Assembly (NCBI RefSeq): GCF_041752335.1
Contig: NZ_JBGSHG010000006.1
Span: 5,737-69,736 of the forward strand
Reading direction: 5' to 3'
Source of the DNA: Acetobacterium sp.
Lineage (GTDB): Bacteria; Bacillota; Clostridia; Eubacteriales; Eubacteriaceae
DNA: 64,000 bases
Position 1 is the first letter of the stretch; each line of letters opens with the position of its first letter. Both the position numbers and the translations under genes were made by a program. The notes beneath the pieces were generated by a model. It searched no databases. It saw only the letters and a list, made by a program, of their open reading frames with translations, and was not told where the DNA came from. This document shows, in pieces, positions 20,166 through 31,100 of this stretch.

Positions 20166-20194
20166 ATTATAGCATTAGTCACCCCTGGAGTCAA
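20166..20194 (-). promoter_or_regulatory. SigA promoter of amtB1-glnK1
   Basis: TTGACT-17 nt-TATAAT with TG extension. Confidence 0.7.
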
Positions 20195-20337
20195 TCCTTG
20201 AATTTATCAGTCCTTGAATTTATCAGAGTTGGGGGTCTTTCGTATTATTTCAAAAAAGCGCGCAAAAAAAAAGCGATTATATCAAATATTTAATATAATC
20301 GCTTTTAAACGCCGCTGTCCTTTATTGATTAGTTCTT

Positions 20338-20676
20338 TTAAAGAGCGATATCGCCGCGCTCGCCGGTTCGGATCCGAATGCACTCCTCGACAGGTTTGAT
20401 GAAAATTTTTCCATCACCGATTTCTCCTGTTCGCACGGTATCCATAATCAACTGTACGGTTTCCTCGACCTTATCATTGGCAACTACAATTTTTATTTCA
20501 ATTTTTGGAAGCATGTTCATCATTACCGAGGTTCCCCGATTATGAGCCACCCAACCAAATTGATTCCCACATCCGAGAATCTGACGGATGTTCATGCCAT
20601 TGACTTTCGCCTCTAAAAACGCATCCTTTAAAGGTTCTAACTTTTCCGGACGGATAATTGCTTCAATCAGTTTCAT
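20338..20676 (-). CDS. glnK: P-II nitrogen regulator (copy 2)
   Basis: Near-identical to 18087-18425. Confidence 0.92.
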   Translation of the reverse strand: MKLIEAIIRPEKLEPLKDAFLEAKVNGMNIRQILGCGNQFGWVAHNRGTSVMMNMLPKIEIKIVVANDKVEETVQLIMDTVRTGEIGDGKIFIKPVEECIRIRTGERGDIAL

Positions 20677-20746
20677 AAGTTTTTCCTTTCTTTACTGATT
20701 GCGAAGCCATGACATTATGGCTTCGCAACCGTATTTTAATACCGTT

Positions 20747-22000
20747 CTATTGATCAATTCCTGAGAATGCCGGGTAACCTTGTTCTCTGTGTTCGCTGAT
20801 ATCCAAACCCAATGCTTCGGCTTCAGGCGAAACACGGATGTTCATTACTTTTTTAAGTACCAGCATGATTGCCCCTGTCATAACTGCTGAGTAGATAACT
20901 GAAATAGCTACCGCCATCAACTGAGCAACAAATAATTCGGTGGCTCCGAAAAACAGTCCATCCCATTGAGCAACAGGATTAATGGCAGATTGAGCAAATA
21001 AGCCGGTGGCAATACCGCCCCAGATTCCACCAATTCCGTGACAGCCAAAGGCATCCAGGGAATCGTCATAACCGAATTTTTGTTTGATCTTTGTCATAAA
21101 GAATAAGCAAATGGGACTAACCAAAGCACCAATAAACAAGGCCGCACCAAAGGGTACATAACCAGAACCCGGGGTAATGGCCACCAATCCAATTATCGCA
21201 CCAGTCACAGCACCCAGGACAGTCACTTTTTTATAAAGAATCGATTCCATCAGCATCCAGCTTAACATTGCTGCTGCCGAAGCGATCATCGTATTGCCCA
21301 TGGCCTGAACGGCCAGTCCGTTGGCTGCTAAAGCTGATGCGCCATTGAATGCGAACCAGCCCACCCATAAAATGGCACCACCGGTGAAAACCATCGGAAT
21401 GCTATGGGGATGATAGGCCTGAATGCCATAGCCTTTTCTTTTACCAAGGATGATACAGGCAATCAATCCCGAAACCCCGGAGCTGATATGAATAACATTA
21501 CCGCCAGCAAAGTCGACGGCTCCCAGTCCAGCAATAAAACCACCTAAACCCCAAACCATGTGAGCTAATGGATAGTAGACAAGCAACAACCAGAAAGTGA
21601 TAAAAATAAACAGGGCTGAAAATTTCATTCGGCCTTCTAGAGCGCCCACCAGAATGGCTGGTGTAATAATACAAAACATCAATTGAAAAATGGCAAATAA
21701 TGCACCAGGTATATTGGCTGCATAGGGACCTGCTTCAGTAGCACTGACACCGCTGAAAAAGGCATTGCTTAAATTTCCGACAACACCCAGTCCACCGACA
21801 TCTTCTCCAAATGAAATTGAGTAACCGACAGCAAACCACATCACCGTTGCCAAACCACAACAGAATAATACCGACATTAATGTATTGATCACATTTTTTC
21901 TGCGAACCATCCCGCCATAGAACAATCCCAGGCCTGGAGTCATAAAGAATACCAGCATTGAACCGATTAGAACAAATGCGACATCACCAGAATTAATCAT
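20747..22000 (-). CDS. amtB: Ammonium transporter (copy 2, twin-His)
   Basis: DFAGGNVIH, DDSLDAFGCHG; start MINSGD matches copy 1. Confidence 0.95.
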   Translation of the reverse strand: MINSGDVAFVLIGSMLVFFMTPGLGLFYGGMVRRKNVINTLMSVLFCCGLATVMWFAVGYSISFGEDVGGLGVVGNLSNAFFSGVSATEAGPYAANIPGALFAIFQLMFCIITPAILVGALEGRMKFSALFIFITFWLLLVYYPLAHMVWGLGGFIAGLGAVDFAGGNVIHISSGVSGLIACIILGKRKGYGIQAYHPHSIPMVFTGGAILWVGWFAFNGASALAANGLAVQAMGNTMIASAAAMLSWMLMESILYKKVTVLGAVTGAIIGLVAITPGSGYVPFGAALFIGALVSPICLFFMTKIKQKFGYDDSLDAFGCHGIGGIWGGIATGLFAQSAINPVAQWDGLFFGATELFVAQLMAVAISVIYSAVMTGAIMLVLKKVMNIRVSPEAEALGLDISEHREQGYPAFSGIDQ

Positions 22001-22190
22001 TTTAATTTCCTCTTTTCTCAATTATTTTGATCAACTGACGTATCGTGACGATCATACAGTTACCAAAGTCGCCTTTTTAGGCAATTTATAATTTCTATTT
22101 TCTTTTGATCCGCCAAATCTTGCTTATTTCAGTGGCGATTCATTTTTCTTATGTCATTCAAACGTTTAATAAAGACTCTCTCATCTATTT

Positions 22191-22351
22191 AAAAAAAGGT
22201 GATAACATTCATGACTGTTATCACCTTTGATAAATAAATTCGATTATTTGGTTTGAATAAAAAAAGGTGATAACAGGGTTTCCTGTTATCACCTTTGATA
22301 AGCGTTCAAAAATCATTAGGTATCTGTCCTAACAATCCTGTCTTCATTGAC
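22191..22351 (-). promoter_or_regulatory. Tandem ANTAR-type hairpin/terminator attenuators in amtB2 leader
   Basis: Minus strand: GTC-AATGAA-GAC (22340-22351), TTATC-AAAGGT-GATAA at 22286-22301 and 22218-22233, each overlapping GGTGATAACA...TGTTATCACC-T7 terminators. Confidence 0.75.
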
Positions 22352-22381
22352 TACTGTTAAGCTAACCTTAAGATGTTTTTG

Positions 22382-22410
22382 ATTATAACACCATAAAAAT
22401 CCAGTGTCAA
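22382..22410 (-). promoter_or_regulatory. SigA promoter of amtB2-glnK2
   Basis: TTGACA-17 nt-TATAAT with TG extension (perfect consensus). Confidence 0.8.
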
Positions 22411-22449
22411 TTGATTTTCATTAATTTTCAATTTCAAACGGTTTTCTTT

Positions 22450-23553
22450 TTACTGCCCCGCCGTCACAACCACATCTTTTGTCTGACTTTGGCCATTCCG
22501 TTCAAAGGTAACACTTACCTTATCGCCAGCATTGACCGCATAGAGAATTTCTTTCATCTTAAGCATGGTGTTGGTTTTAACGCCATTGATTTCTTTAATG
22601 ATGTCACCTGCAGCCATGCCCGCATTGGCGGCCCCGCCACCCTGTTGCACTGAGGCGATATAAATTCCCTCACTAAAATTGACCTTGCTATCGGTGATAT
22701 AATAATCGGCAATGGCCCGGTCATAAGCAGTGATGCCCATTACCGTGGAATTGAATTTTCCGGTAGCAACAATTTCGTTAAGAATCGGTTTTAGAATATT
22801 GATGGGAATGGCAAAACCCATTCCTTCTCCGGTGGTCAGTTTATAGGTATTGATACCAATAACCTCACCATTTTTATTGACCAGAGGTCCACCGCTGTTT
22901 CCCGAATTAATAGAAGCATCGGTTTGAATCAGATCTTCTGCTAAACCTGTCTCCAGGGGGATACTTCGGTTCAGGGCTGATATGATTCCCGCCGTCACCG
23001 TTCGCTCAAAGTTCAATCCCATCGGATTACCAACCGCCACCGCCAGTTCCCCGACGACGACATTGTCTGAATCACCCAGTTCGAGCACCGGCAAATCCGT
23101 GGCATCAATCTTGATAATGGCCATATCCAGGCTAGGATCCGACCAGATCAGTTTAGCCTCATAGGTGTTCCCGTCAGCCAGTGATACGGTCATGCCGGAA
23201 ATGTCATCCGATGCCACATGCTGATTGGTGGCGATATAACCATCGCTGGTTAAAATAAAACCGGAACCGACGCCGCTGGCTTCCTGAGGTCCATAAGCGG
23301 TCATGGCCACCCCGGTTGTCTCAATCCCCACCACCGATGGCGGCACGGTTTGAGCAATGGCTTCTACCACCGAGTCTGCTGATCCCTGGCTGACAACAAT
23401 TTCGTTTTTAGCGCCCTGAATCACAGTGCTGTTGTCGAAAAAAAAGTTAACACCAAGGAGCAGAACACCCACAATCACACCGCCGATAATCGCGCCGATC
23501 ATACCGGTGATAAAGGAATTCGATTTTTTTTCTTTTTTCAGATCGTCGTTCAT
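22450..23553 (-). CDS. htrA: HtrA/DegP serine protease with PDZ domain
   Basis: N-terminal TM, GSGFI, TNQHV, IQTDASINSGNSGGPL. Confidence 0.92.
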   Translation of the reverse strand: MNDDLKKEKKSNSFITGMIGAIIGGVIVGVLLLGVNFFFDNSTVIQGAKNEIVVSQGSADSVVEAIAQTVPPSVVGIETTGVAMTAYGPQEASGVGSGFILTSDGYIATNQHVASDDISGMTVSLADGNTYEAKLIWSDPSLDMAIIKIDATDLPVLELGDSDNVVVGELAVAVGNPMGLNFERTVTAGIISALNRSIPLETGLAEDLIQTDASINSGNSGGPLVNKNGEVIGINTYKLTTGEGMGFAIPINILKPILNEIVATGKFNSTVMGITAYDRAIADYYITDSKVNFSEGIYIASVQQGGGAANAGMAAGDIIKEINGVKTNTMLKMKEILYAVNAGDKVSVTFERNGQSQTKDVVVTAGQ

Positions 23554-23581
23554 CGTTCACCTCAATCTTAGTTGAGTTCTT

Positions 23582-24370
23582 TTAAAGGTTAATTGTCTCA
23601 CTGGCACAGCTTCTTTTGGCCACACAAAGTTTTACATCCCCATCCAGCACTACCCCGGCCCCGGTTAAAATCCGGGCGGTGGTTTCATAGGCCAGCAGGG
23701 GGTAATTGTTTTCCTGGCTGAGATGGGCCAGCACCAGTTGCCGGGTGCCTTCCTTGACCAGTGTCAGGGCCAGATCTCCGGCCGTCTCGTTGGACAAATG
23801 ACCGAAGTCACTTTTTATCCGCTGTTTGAGGTAGAAAGGATAAGATCCGGCTTCCAGCATTGACACGTCATGATTGGATTCCAGCACCACCAGATCACAG
23901 CCGCATAAGGCACTGCGCATCTCCGGAGTAATAATCCCCGAATCGGTGGCGATTCCCAGCTGATTTTTTCCGTCAGAAATGACAAAGCCCGCCGAATCCG
24001 CCGCATCATGAGATGTTTTAAAAGCTTCAATCTGAAAATCCTGGATATTAAAAGGTTTTTCAAAATCAAAGACTTTAATATTATGCTCGGCGATTTTACC
24101 CAGATCCTTCATCATCGCTTCCCAGGTTTTTTGATTGGCGTAAATCGGCAGGTCAAAACGGCGGGATAAAACCCCAACCCCATGGATATGATCACTGTGT
24201 TCATGGGTCACCATAATGGCGCCAATTCCCCGGGGATCCTCTTCAATGACCTCCAGGGCACTCTGAATCCGTTTCCCGCTGAGGCCAGCATCGATGAGTA
24301 TTTTGGTGCTGTTGTTTGAGACAAATAAACTATTTCCTGAACTTCCACTATATAAACTACAAAATTTCAA
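23582..24370 (-). CDS. walJ: MBL-fold metallohydrolase (WalJ/YycJ-like)
   Basis: SGSSGNS, THEHSDH, LESNHD, GHLSN, HLSQENN; upstream of htrA. Confidence 0.85.
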   Translation of the reverse strand: MKFCSLYSGSSGNSLFVSNNSTKILIDAGLSGKRIQSALEVIEEDPRGIGAIMVTHEHSDHIHGVGVLSRRFDLPIYANQKTWEAMMKDLGKIAEHNIKVFDFEKPFNIQDFQIEAFKTSHDAADSAGFVISDGKNQLGIATDSGIITPEMRSALCGCDLVVLESNHDVSMLEAGSYPFYLKQRIKSDFGHLSNETAGDLALTLVKEGTRQLVLAHLSQENNYPLLAYETTARILTGAGVVLDGDVKLCVAKRSCASETINL

Positions 24371-24540
24371 TCGTTGCTCCCTTGTTCATTTTCACCTTAT
24401 AAAACATCCATTTAAATGCGCCAGGGGCCAGCAGGATTGTTAGGTTTATCCTAGCGAATGATGCTTAAACCTGACTTAACCTAACTTTACGAGATTTAAG
24501 GTAATCGTTGTCCCTTTCCGCTTCATCAACCTTAATTACG

Positions 24541-25818
24541 CTAAAGGCCAGCCGGATCTTTCTCGGAAATCCGGCGGATATCAGCGCCCAGATTACGCAG
24601 ATTTTCCTGAAGATTTTCGTATCCTCGGTCAATATGGACAATCTCGGTAATTTTTGTCTCGCCGTCAGCAATTAAACCGGCGATCACCATGGCGGCTCCG
24701 GCTCTTAAATCGGTGGTTCTGATTTTGGTGGCCGATAAGGTTTTGACCCCGTTAATCGTTGCCGTCCGGCTGTTAATGGAAATATTGGCGCCCATCCGGC
24801 GTAATTCATCCACATATTTAAAGCGGCTTTCAAAAATACTTTCGGTAATCGTACTGGTACCCTGGGCAATGGTCATTAAAACGGCCATCGGTTGCTGGAG
24901 ATCGGTGGGAAAACCAGGATAAGGCATGGTCTTCACATTCACCGCCTTTAAGGGATGCTTCCCGATAACCCGAATCCCGTCATCCTCTTCGAGGACGATG
25001 ACACCCATTTCGCTGAGCTTTGCGGTGATCGCTTCCATATGCTTGGGAATCACGTTTTTGATTAAAATATCCCCTTCAGTGGCCGCTGCGGCCATCATAT
25101 AGGTGCCGGTGGTAATCTGATCGGGAATGACCGAATATTCGCAGCCATGCATTTCTTCAACGCCGACGATCTTGATAACATCTGTTCCCGCACCCTTGAT
25201 GTTTGCTCCCATCAGGTTCAAAAAGTTAGCCACATCAACGATGTGGGGTTCTTTGGCAGCATTTTCAATAATTGTTTTACCATCGGCCCGCACCGCCGCC
25301 AGCATAATGTTGATGGTTGCGCCGACACTGACTACATCCATAAAAATGTGGGCGCCTCTTAATTCCGGTGCCTCCATTTTTACCTGGCCATGTTCGATCA
25401 CCACCGTTGCGCCCAAGGCCTGAAAGCCTTTAATATGCTGGTCAATCGGCCGATCACCGATGTTGCAGCCGCCGGGCAAGGGCACAATCGCTTTGCGATA
25501 TCGTCCCAGTAACGCGCCCAACAGGTAATAGGAGGCCCGCATCTGGCCGGTTTCCTCTTCATAATCTGACACATCATATGAAATCGGTTTTTCGGTATTA
25601 ATAATCAGGGTATCATTTTCTCTATATATTTCAGCGCCCAATTTTTCCAGAATAACAATCATTTTGTTAACATCTTTAATATCGGGAACATTTTCTATCT
25701 TACTTGAGCAGGCACAAAGTACTGCCGCCGGAATAATTCCCAGCACGGCATTTTTTGCCCCGGAGATCGTAACCTCACCTTGTAGGGGGTTACCTCCTTC
25801 TATAATAAAAGCATCCAT
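24541..25818 (-). CDS. murA: UDP-N-acetylglucosamine 1-carboxyvinyltransferase
   Basis: SGAKNA, LPGGCNIG, PGFPTDLQ, TDLRAGAA. Confidence 0.95.
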   Translation of the reverse strand: MDAFIIEGGNPLQGEVTISGAKNAVLGIIPAAVLCACSSKIENVPDIKDVNKMIVILEKLGAEIYRENDTLIINTEKPISYDVSDYEEETGQMRASYYLLGALLGRYRKAIVPLPGGCNIGDRPIDQHIKGFQALGATVVIEHGQVKMEAPELRGAHIFMDVVSVGATINIMLAAVRADGKTIIENAAKEPHIVDVANFLNLMGANIKGAGTDVIKIVGVEEMHGCEYSVIPDQITTGTYMMAAAATEGDILIKNVIPKHMEAITAKLSEMGVIVLEEDDGIRVIGKHPLKAVNVKTMPYPGFPTDLQQPMAVLMTIAQGTSTITESIFESRFKYVDELRRMGANISINSRTATINGVKTLSATKIRTTDLRAGAAMVIAGLIADGETKITEIVHIDRGYENLQENLRNLGADIRRISEKDPAGL

Positions 25819-26090
25819 ATTTATTCCTTTCAGTGCAAGTGTATATGCAATATCCAATTGATAATTATATCATAAGTTTCAGTTTTATCAAGAATTCTCG
25901 TGATTTTACGCCGGTTTTTTATCAGTATCCCGGTTTTTCTTATACTCTTTAAGAATTCTTTTCCCCGCTTAAAGAAAACAGGAATTCCTCACAAATTAAA
26001 TACGATGTGATATAATAGCATAATTATATGTATGCTATCTATAAAATTTTTATTAACAAAAGATTATCAATCCATAACTCGAGGTAAAAA

Positions 26091-27119
26091 ATGAATCGTT
26101 TCGAATTAGTTTCCAGCCATGATGATCTGGGTGTGACGCCCATTGAGAATATTTTTATCAATCACTATATGCCCATGGCTCGGGGCGACTACGTGAAGGT
26201 CTATCTTTACGGCTTAAAGAGATGCTTTAATCAGGGTCTTACTCCCATCAGCAATGAAGATATCGCCAAGGATCTGAATTTATTGGAAACTGACGTGAAA
26301 AAAGCCTGGGATTACTGGGCCTCTGAAAAAATCATCGCCATTGAATACACCGGCACCCGGGACGCACTGGTTCGTTTTTATAATATCACCGGCACAATTC
26401 TCTATAAAAATGAAGCCATTCCGGAAACCACGGTTCCTAAAAATGCCCAATCCTCCAATCTCATGGAAGACCGAATCCAAAGAATGTATACCACCATCCA
26501 GGATATGTACGAAAGCCGGACCATCACCAAAAAAGAAACCCTGCTCTTTAAACGCTGGCTGGACGACTACAATTTCACCCCGGAAGCGGTGATTCTGATT
26601 GTCGAATATTCCATTAACATGATCAATAAAAAAGATCGCACCTTCACCCCGGCTCAGGTGGTCTCTTATCTGGAAACCGTGGCCAAAAGCTTTCATGATG
26701 CCGAGGTTCGCGATCATATCGAGGCTGAAGCCTATATTAAAGACTCAGCCCATCAACGGACGGCCTATTATCAGATCTTTAAATACCTGGGAATTCAGCG
26801 AAACCCCATGGTTTCGGAGCGGCAGATGATGGATACCTGGTTTCGGGACTACGGTTTTTCGATGGATATCATTGTCCAGGCCTTATCCCGGACTAACAAA
26901 CCAAATATGAAATATATTGACGGGATTTTAAAAAACTGGCACGAACAGGGTTTCAAAACCCTGGAAGATATCAAAAATGACAAACCGAAACCCAAATTTG
27001 ATCATAAAGAGTCCCTTGAACCCATGAGCGATGCCCGTAAACAGGCTTACCTGGATATGGAAGTTGATTATGCCGAAGATTTATGGCCGGAACTGGAGAT
27101 AAACGATGAAGACCTATAA
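26091..27119 (+). CDS. DnaD-domain replication protein
   Basis: ENIFINHYMP...YVKVYLY N-terminus; KYIDGILKNW DnaD motif. Confidence 0.85.
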   Translation: MNRFELVSSHDDLGVTPIENIFINHYMPMARGDYVKVYLYGLKRCFNQGLTPISNEDIAKDLNLLETDVKKAWDYWASEKIIAIEYTGTRDALVRFYNITGTILYKNEAIPETTVPKNAQSSNLMEDRIQRMYTTIQDMYESRTITKKETLLFKRWLDDYNFTPEAVILIVEYSINMINKKDRTFTPAQVVSYLETVAKSFHDAEVRDHIEAEAYIKDSAHQRTAYYQIFKYLGIQRNPMVSERQMMDTWFRDYGFSMDIIVQALSRTNKPNMKYIDGILKNWHEQGFKTLEDIKNDKPKPKFDHKESLEPMSDARKQAYLDMEVDYAEDLWPELEINDEDL

Positions 27120-28068
27120 TGAAGCCTTTGCCCTGCTGCAGGAAAAGCAGCAGGCCTACCAATTTAAACTGCGCCAGAAAAAAGCAGCCCTCTATGGTCA
27201 GATTCCGGAGCTTTCTGATATTGATAATGAAATCAACCGCCTGGGGGTGGCCCTGACCCGGGCGACCATCGCCAGGGAGCTCGATAAAACTGTGTCCATC
27301 CGACTGCAAATGAGCGAACTCGAGGCCACAAAAAAAGCCCTGGCCGGAGCAAATGCCACCCTGCTGAGCCACTCCTATTATTGTTCGTTATGCCAAGACT
27401 CAGGGATTCTCCCCGAAGGGATCTGCGCTTGTCTGAACCAGTGTCTGGCCGAAATCAGTTTTTCCAGCTATGACCTGAAAACCCGGGCCCAGCGGGAAAC
27501 CTTTGAAACCTTTAATCCTGACTATTATTCCGAGCAGCCCCTTGGTTCGGGTGTTGCCAGTCATCGCTCCAATGCCCTCAGCATTAAACAGAATATGCTC
27601 AAATATTGTCAGAATTTTGATAACATCGAAGACCAGCTCCTCTTTACCGGTCCGCCCGGGGTGGGCAAAACCTTTATGTCCAATTGCATCGTCAACAAAC
27701 TCACCGAAAAAGGTTATGGGATTGTCTACGTCACGGCTGCTCACCTGGTTGCCAGCATTCAGGATCAGCTGTTCCGAGAAAAGAAAACCTCCACCGAAAT
27801 TTATGAACCACTGCTGCTCTGCGATCTATTGATCATCGATGATTTAGGGGCTGAATTTTCTTCTGAATACAGCCAGAAACAACTCTACGAGGTCATCGAC
27901 AGCCGCCTTAATGCCGAAAAAAAGATGATCATTTCCAGTAATTTGACGGTGCTTAAAATAAAATCCCTTTATGACGAACGGCTTTCTTCCCGAATCTCCG
28001 GCTATTTTAAAACCATTCCTTTTCTGGGCGAAGATATCCGGATTCTCAAGGCCCGGCGGGGAAGATAA
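27106..28068 (+). CDS. DnaC/DnaI-like helicase loader ATPase
   Basis: CSLCQDSG...CAC Zn motif, GPPGVGKT, LLIIDDLG, RLSSRI. Confidence 0.85.
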   Translation: MKTYNEAFALLQEKQQAYQFKLRQKKAALYGQIPELSDIDNEINRLGVALTRATIARELDKTVSIRLQMSELEATKKALAGANATLLSHSYYCSLCQDSGILPEGICACLNQCLAEISFSSYDLKTRAQRETFETFNPDYYSEQPLGSGVASHRSNALSIKQNMLKYCQNFDNIEDQLLFTGPPGVGKTFMSNCIVNKLTEKGYGIVYVTAAHLVASIQDQLFREKKTSTEIYEPLLLCDLLIIDDLGAEFSSEYSQKQLYEVIDSRLNAEKKMIISSNLTVLKIKSLYDERLSSRISGYFKTIPFLGEDIRILKARRGR

Positions 28069-28117
28069 TTTACTGCTTTTTAGCCTTCTTCAAAATCCAC
28101 TAATCTTATAAAATATT

Positions 28118-28144
28118 AAAAGGGCGGAAAAACCGCCCTTTTTT
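28118..28144. terminator. Bidirectional terminator between convergent genes
   Basis: AAAAGGGCGG-AAAAA-CCGCCCTTTTTT. Confidence 0.75.
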
Positions 28145-28154
28145 GAATCCTGTC

Positions 28155-31100
28155 TTAGTATTTATCAAGCCTCACTGAATCAACCTTTATTTCCCCATAC
28201 TCCATATCATTTAATACGATTTTTGGTTCCACCGGCTTACTAACAGGCGACATTATTCGCTTAGATCCACCTGTTTCCTGATTGCGTTTGTTCGGATTTT
28301 CCTTAAGTTGGAATGCTCCCACCATTTCCATCAATATTTCTGATTGACTTGACAGTTCTTCACTGGCTGCGGCACTTTCTTCTGCCGTGGCTGAATTGGT
28401 TTGAACTACCTGGGAAACCTGATTGATTGCCTGGGTTATCTGGGCGATTTCGGATGCCTGCTCATTGGATGCATGAGCGATGTTCTCCACTAGATCAGCC
28501 ACCCGTTCAATTTCGCTTAGAATTTCTTTTAAACTGATGGCAGTCTGATCGGCAATTTTTGTTCCAATTTCCACCTTATTGATGGATCCTTCAATGAGGC
28601 CGGTAGTTTCTTTCGCGGCCTCGGCACTTCTGGCTGCCAGGGTTCGTACCTCTTCCGCAACAACGGCAAATCCTTTACCATGTTGTCCCGCTCTGGCTGC
28701 TTCTACTGCCGCATTCAAGGCCAGAATATTAGTCTGGAAGGCGATATCGTCAATAACTTTAATGATTTTGGAAATATTTTGAGATGATTCATTAATCTCG
28801 ATCATGGCACTGACCATTTCATCCATTTGACCATTACCAACTTCGGCGTTGGTTCGGACCTCAACGGCCAACTCATTGGCAGCATTGGCATTAACGGCAT
28901 TCTTTTTAGTTTCCTCAGCTACTTCTGAAATTGAGGCATTGATCTGCTCAATGGAGCTGGCTTGTTCAGTGGTTCCCTGGGACAGTGCCTGTCCGCCATC
29001 AGATATCTGTCTGGCTCCGGCTTCAACCTGTCCAGCGGCTTCATCAATATCCGCCATGGTCGCACTAAGTTGACTGGTAATATCATTAAGCGCAATCTTG
29101 ATATCCAGGAAAGCTCCCTGATAATCTGATTTTATTTCCTGATCAAGGTTCCCTCGACCCATTTGTTCAAGTGTACCGGTTATCTCTTTGACATAACGGT
29201 TGAGAGAATTGACCGTCCGATTCATGTCTTCCTTAATTAATGCATGATCGCCCTTATACTGTCCTTTCATTGAAGTGTTCAAATTGCCATTGGCCAGCTC
29301 TTTTAGCGTGATTGAAGCCTCGTTGATGGGTTCAATCACCGCATCTAGGGTATGATTGACCCCTTCGACGATTTTGGCAAAGTCACCATGATGTTTGCTG
29401 GCATCGGCTCGCGTATCCAGCTGTCCGGCGATGCCGGCCTGAGCCAGATGAGCCGCATCATCCACCAACGCCGTGATGGCATCGATACAGGTGTTCAGGT
29501 TATTCTTGATTTCGTTGAAATCGCCATTGTAATCGTCGGTAATCTTCGGCGGGATATCGCCCTTACTGATCCGGTCGACATACTCGGCCGCCACGTTCAG
29601 CGGTCCGATGACGGCGTCCAGGGTATTGTTGACGCCATCCACAATTTTAGCAAAGTCGCCGCCATGTTTGCTGGCATCTGCTCGCGTATCCAGCTGGCCG
29701 GCGATGCCGGCCTGGGCCAGATGAGCAGCGTCATCCACCAATGCCGTAATCGCGTCGATACAGGTGTTCAGGTTATTCTTGATTTCGTTGAAATCGCCAT
29801 TATAGCTGTCGGTGATCTTCGGCGGAATATCACCCTTGCTGATCCGGTCGACATACTCGGCCGCCACGTTCAGCGGTCCGATAACGGCGTCCAGGGTATT
29901 GTTGACGCCATCTACAATCTTGGCAAAGTCGCCTTCGTGTCTGGTTGCATCCGCTCGGGTATCCAGTCGGCCTTCAATCCCGGCCAGGGATAGCATAGCG
30001 GCATCATCGACCAAGGCTGTAACGGCATCGATGCAGGTGTTCAGGTTATTCTTGATCTCGTTGAAATCGCCATTGTAATCGTCGGTGATCTTCGGCGGGA
30101 TATCACCCTTGCTGATCCGATCCACATACTCGGCCGCCACGTTCAGCGGTCCAATCACGGCGTCCAGGGTATTGTTGACGCCGTCTACAATTTTGGCAAA
30201 GTCGCCGCCATGTTTGCTGGCATCGGCACGCGTATCCAGCTGTCCGGCGATGCCGGCCTGGGCCAGATGAGCGGCATCTTCCACCAATGCCGTAATCGCG
30301 TCGATACAGGTGTTCAGGTTATTCTTGATTTCATTGAAATCGCCATTATAACTGTCGGTGATCTTCGGCGGAATATCACCCTTGCTGATCCGGTCCACAT
30401 ACTCAGCCGCCACGTTCAGCGGTCCGATCACGGCGTCCAGGGTATTGTTGACGCCGTCTACAATTTTGGCAAAGTCGCCGCCATGTTTGCTGGCATCCGC
30501 TCGCGTATCCAGTCGGCCTTCAATCCCGGCCAGGGATAGCATAGCGGCATCATCGACCAGGGCTGTAACAGCATCGATACAGGTGTTCAGGTTATTCTTG
30601 ATTTCATTGAAATCGCCATTATAGCTGTCGGTGATCTTCGGCGGGATATCCCCTTTGCTGATTCTTTCCACATACTCAGCCGCCACGTTCAGCGGTCCGA
30701 CCACCGCGTCCAGAGTGTTGTTAACCCCTTCGACGATTTCTTTATATCCACCGTTAAATGCATCGGCATTTCCCCGGGTATCCAATTGGCCCGCTACGGC
30801 TGCCTGAGATAACATATTGGCTTCAACGATAAGCCCTCTGATGGTTTCGATGGTTTCCTTGAGCGCTGGATTAATCTCATCCTGTTCATCGCGGATTTCA
30901 ATGTTCGCTGAAACATCGCCTCTCGAAATTTGTTTCATCGTTCCAATGACGACATTTTGAAGATCATCAGCAAAACTGTCCATTGAAATAGCCATCTCTC
31001 CTATCTCATCTTTTGAGTCCATCTTCAAACGCATTCCTAAATGACCCATGCTCATTTCTTTTAACATGGCGGCCGCTTTTTTTAGTGGTTTACTAATGGC

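Noticed and set aside
26091-28068. Prophage or IS21 replication module (DnaD plus IstB-like ATPase)
   Set aside because: No phage or istA genes nearby; matches the chromosomal clostridial DnaD/DnaC-like pair next to murA
29352-30624. Several plus-strand ORFs with repeated sequence
   Set aside because: Antisense shadows of the MCP poly-HAMP repeats
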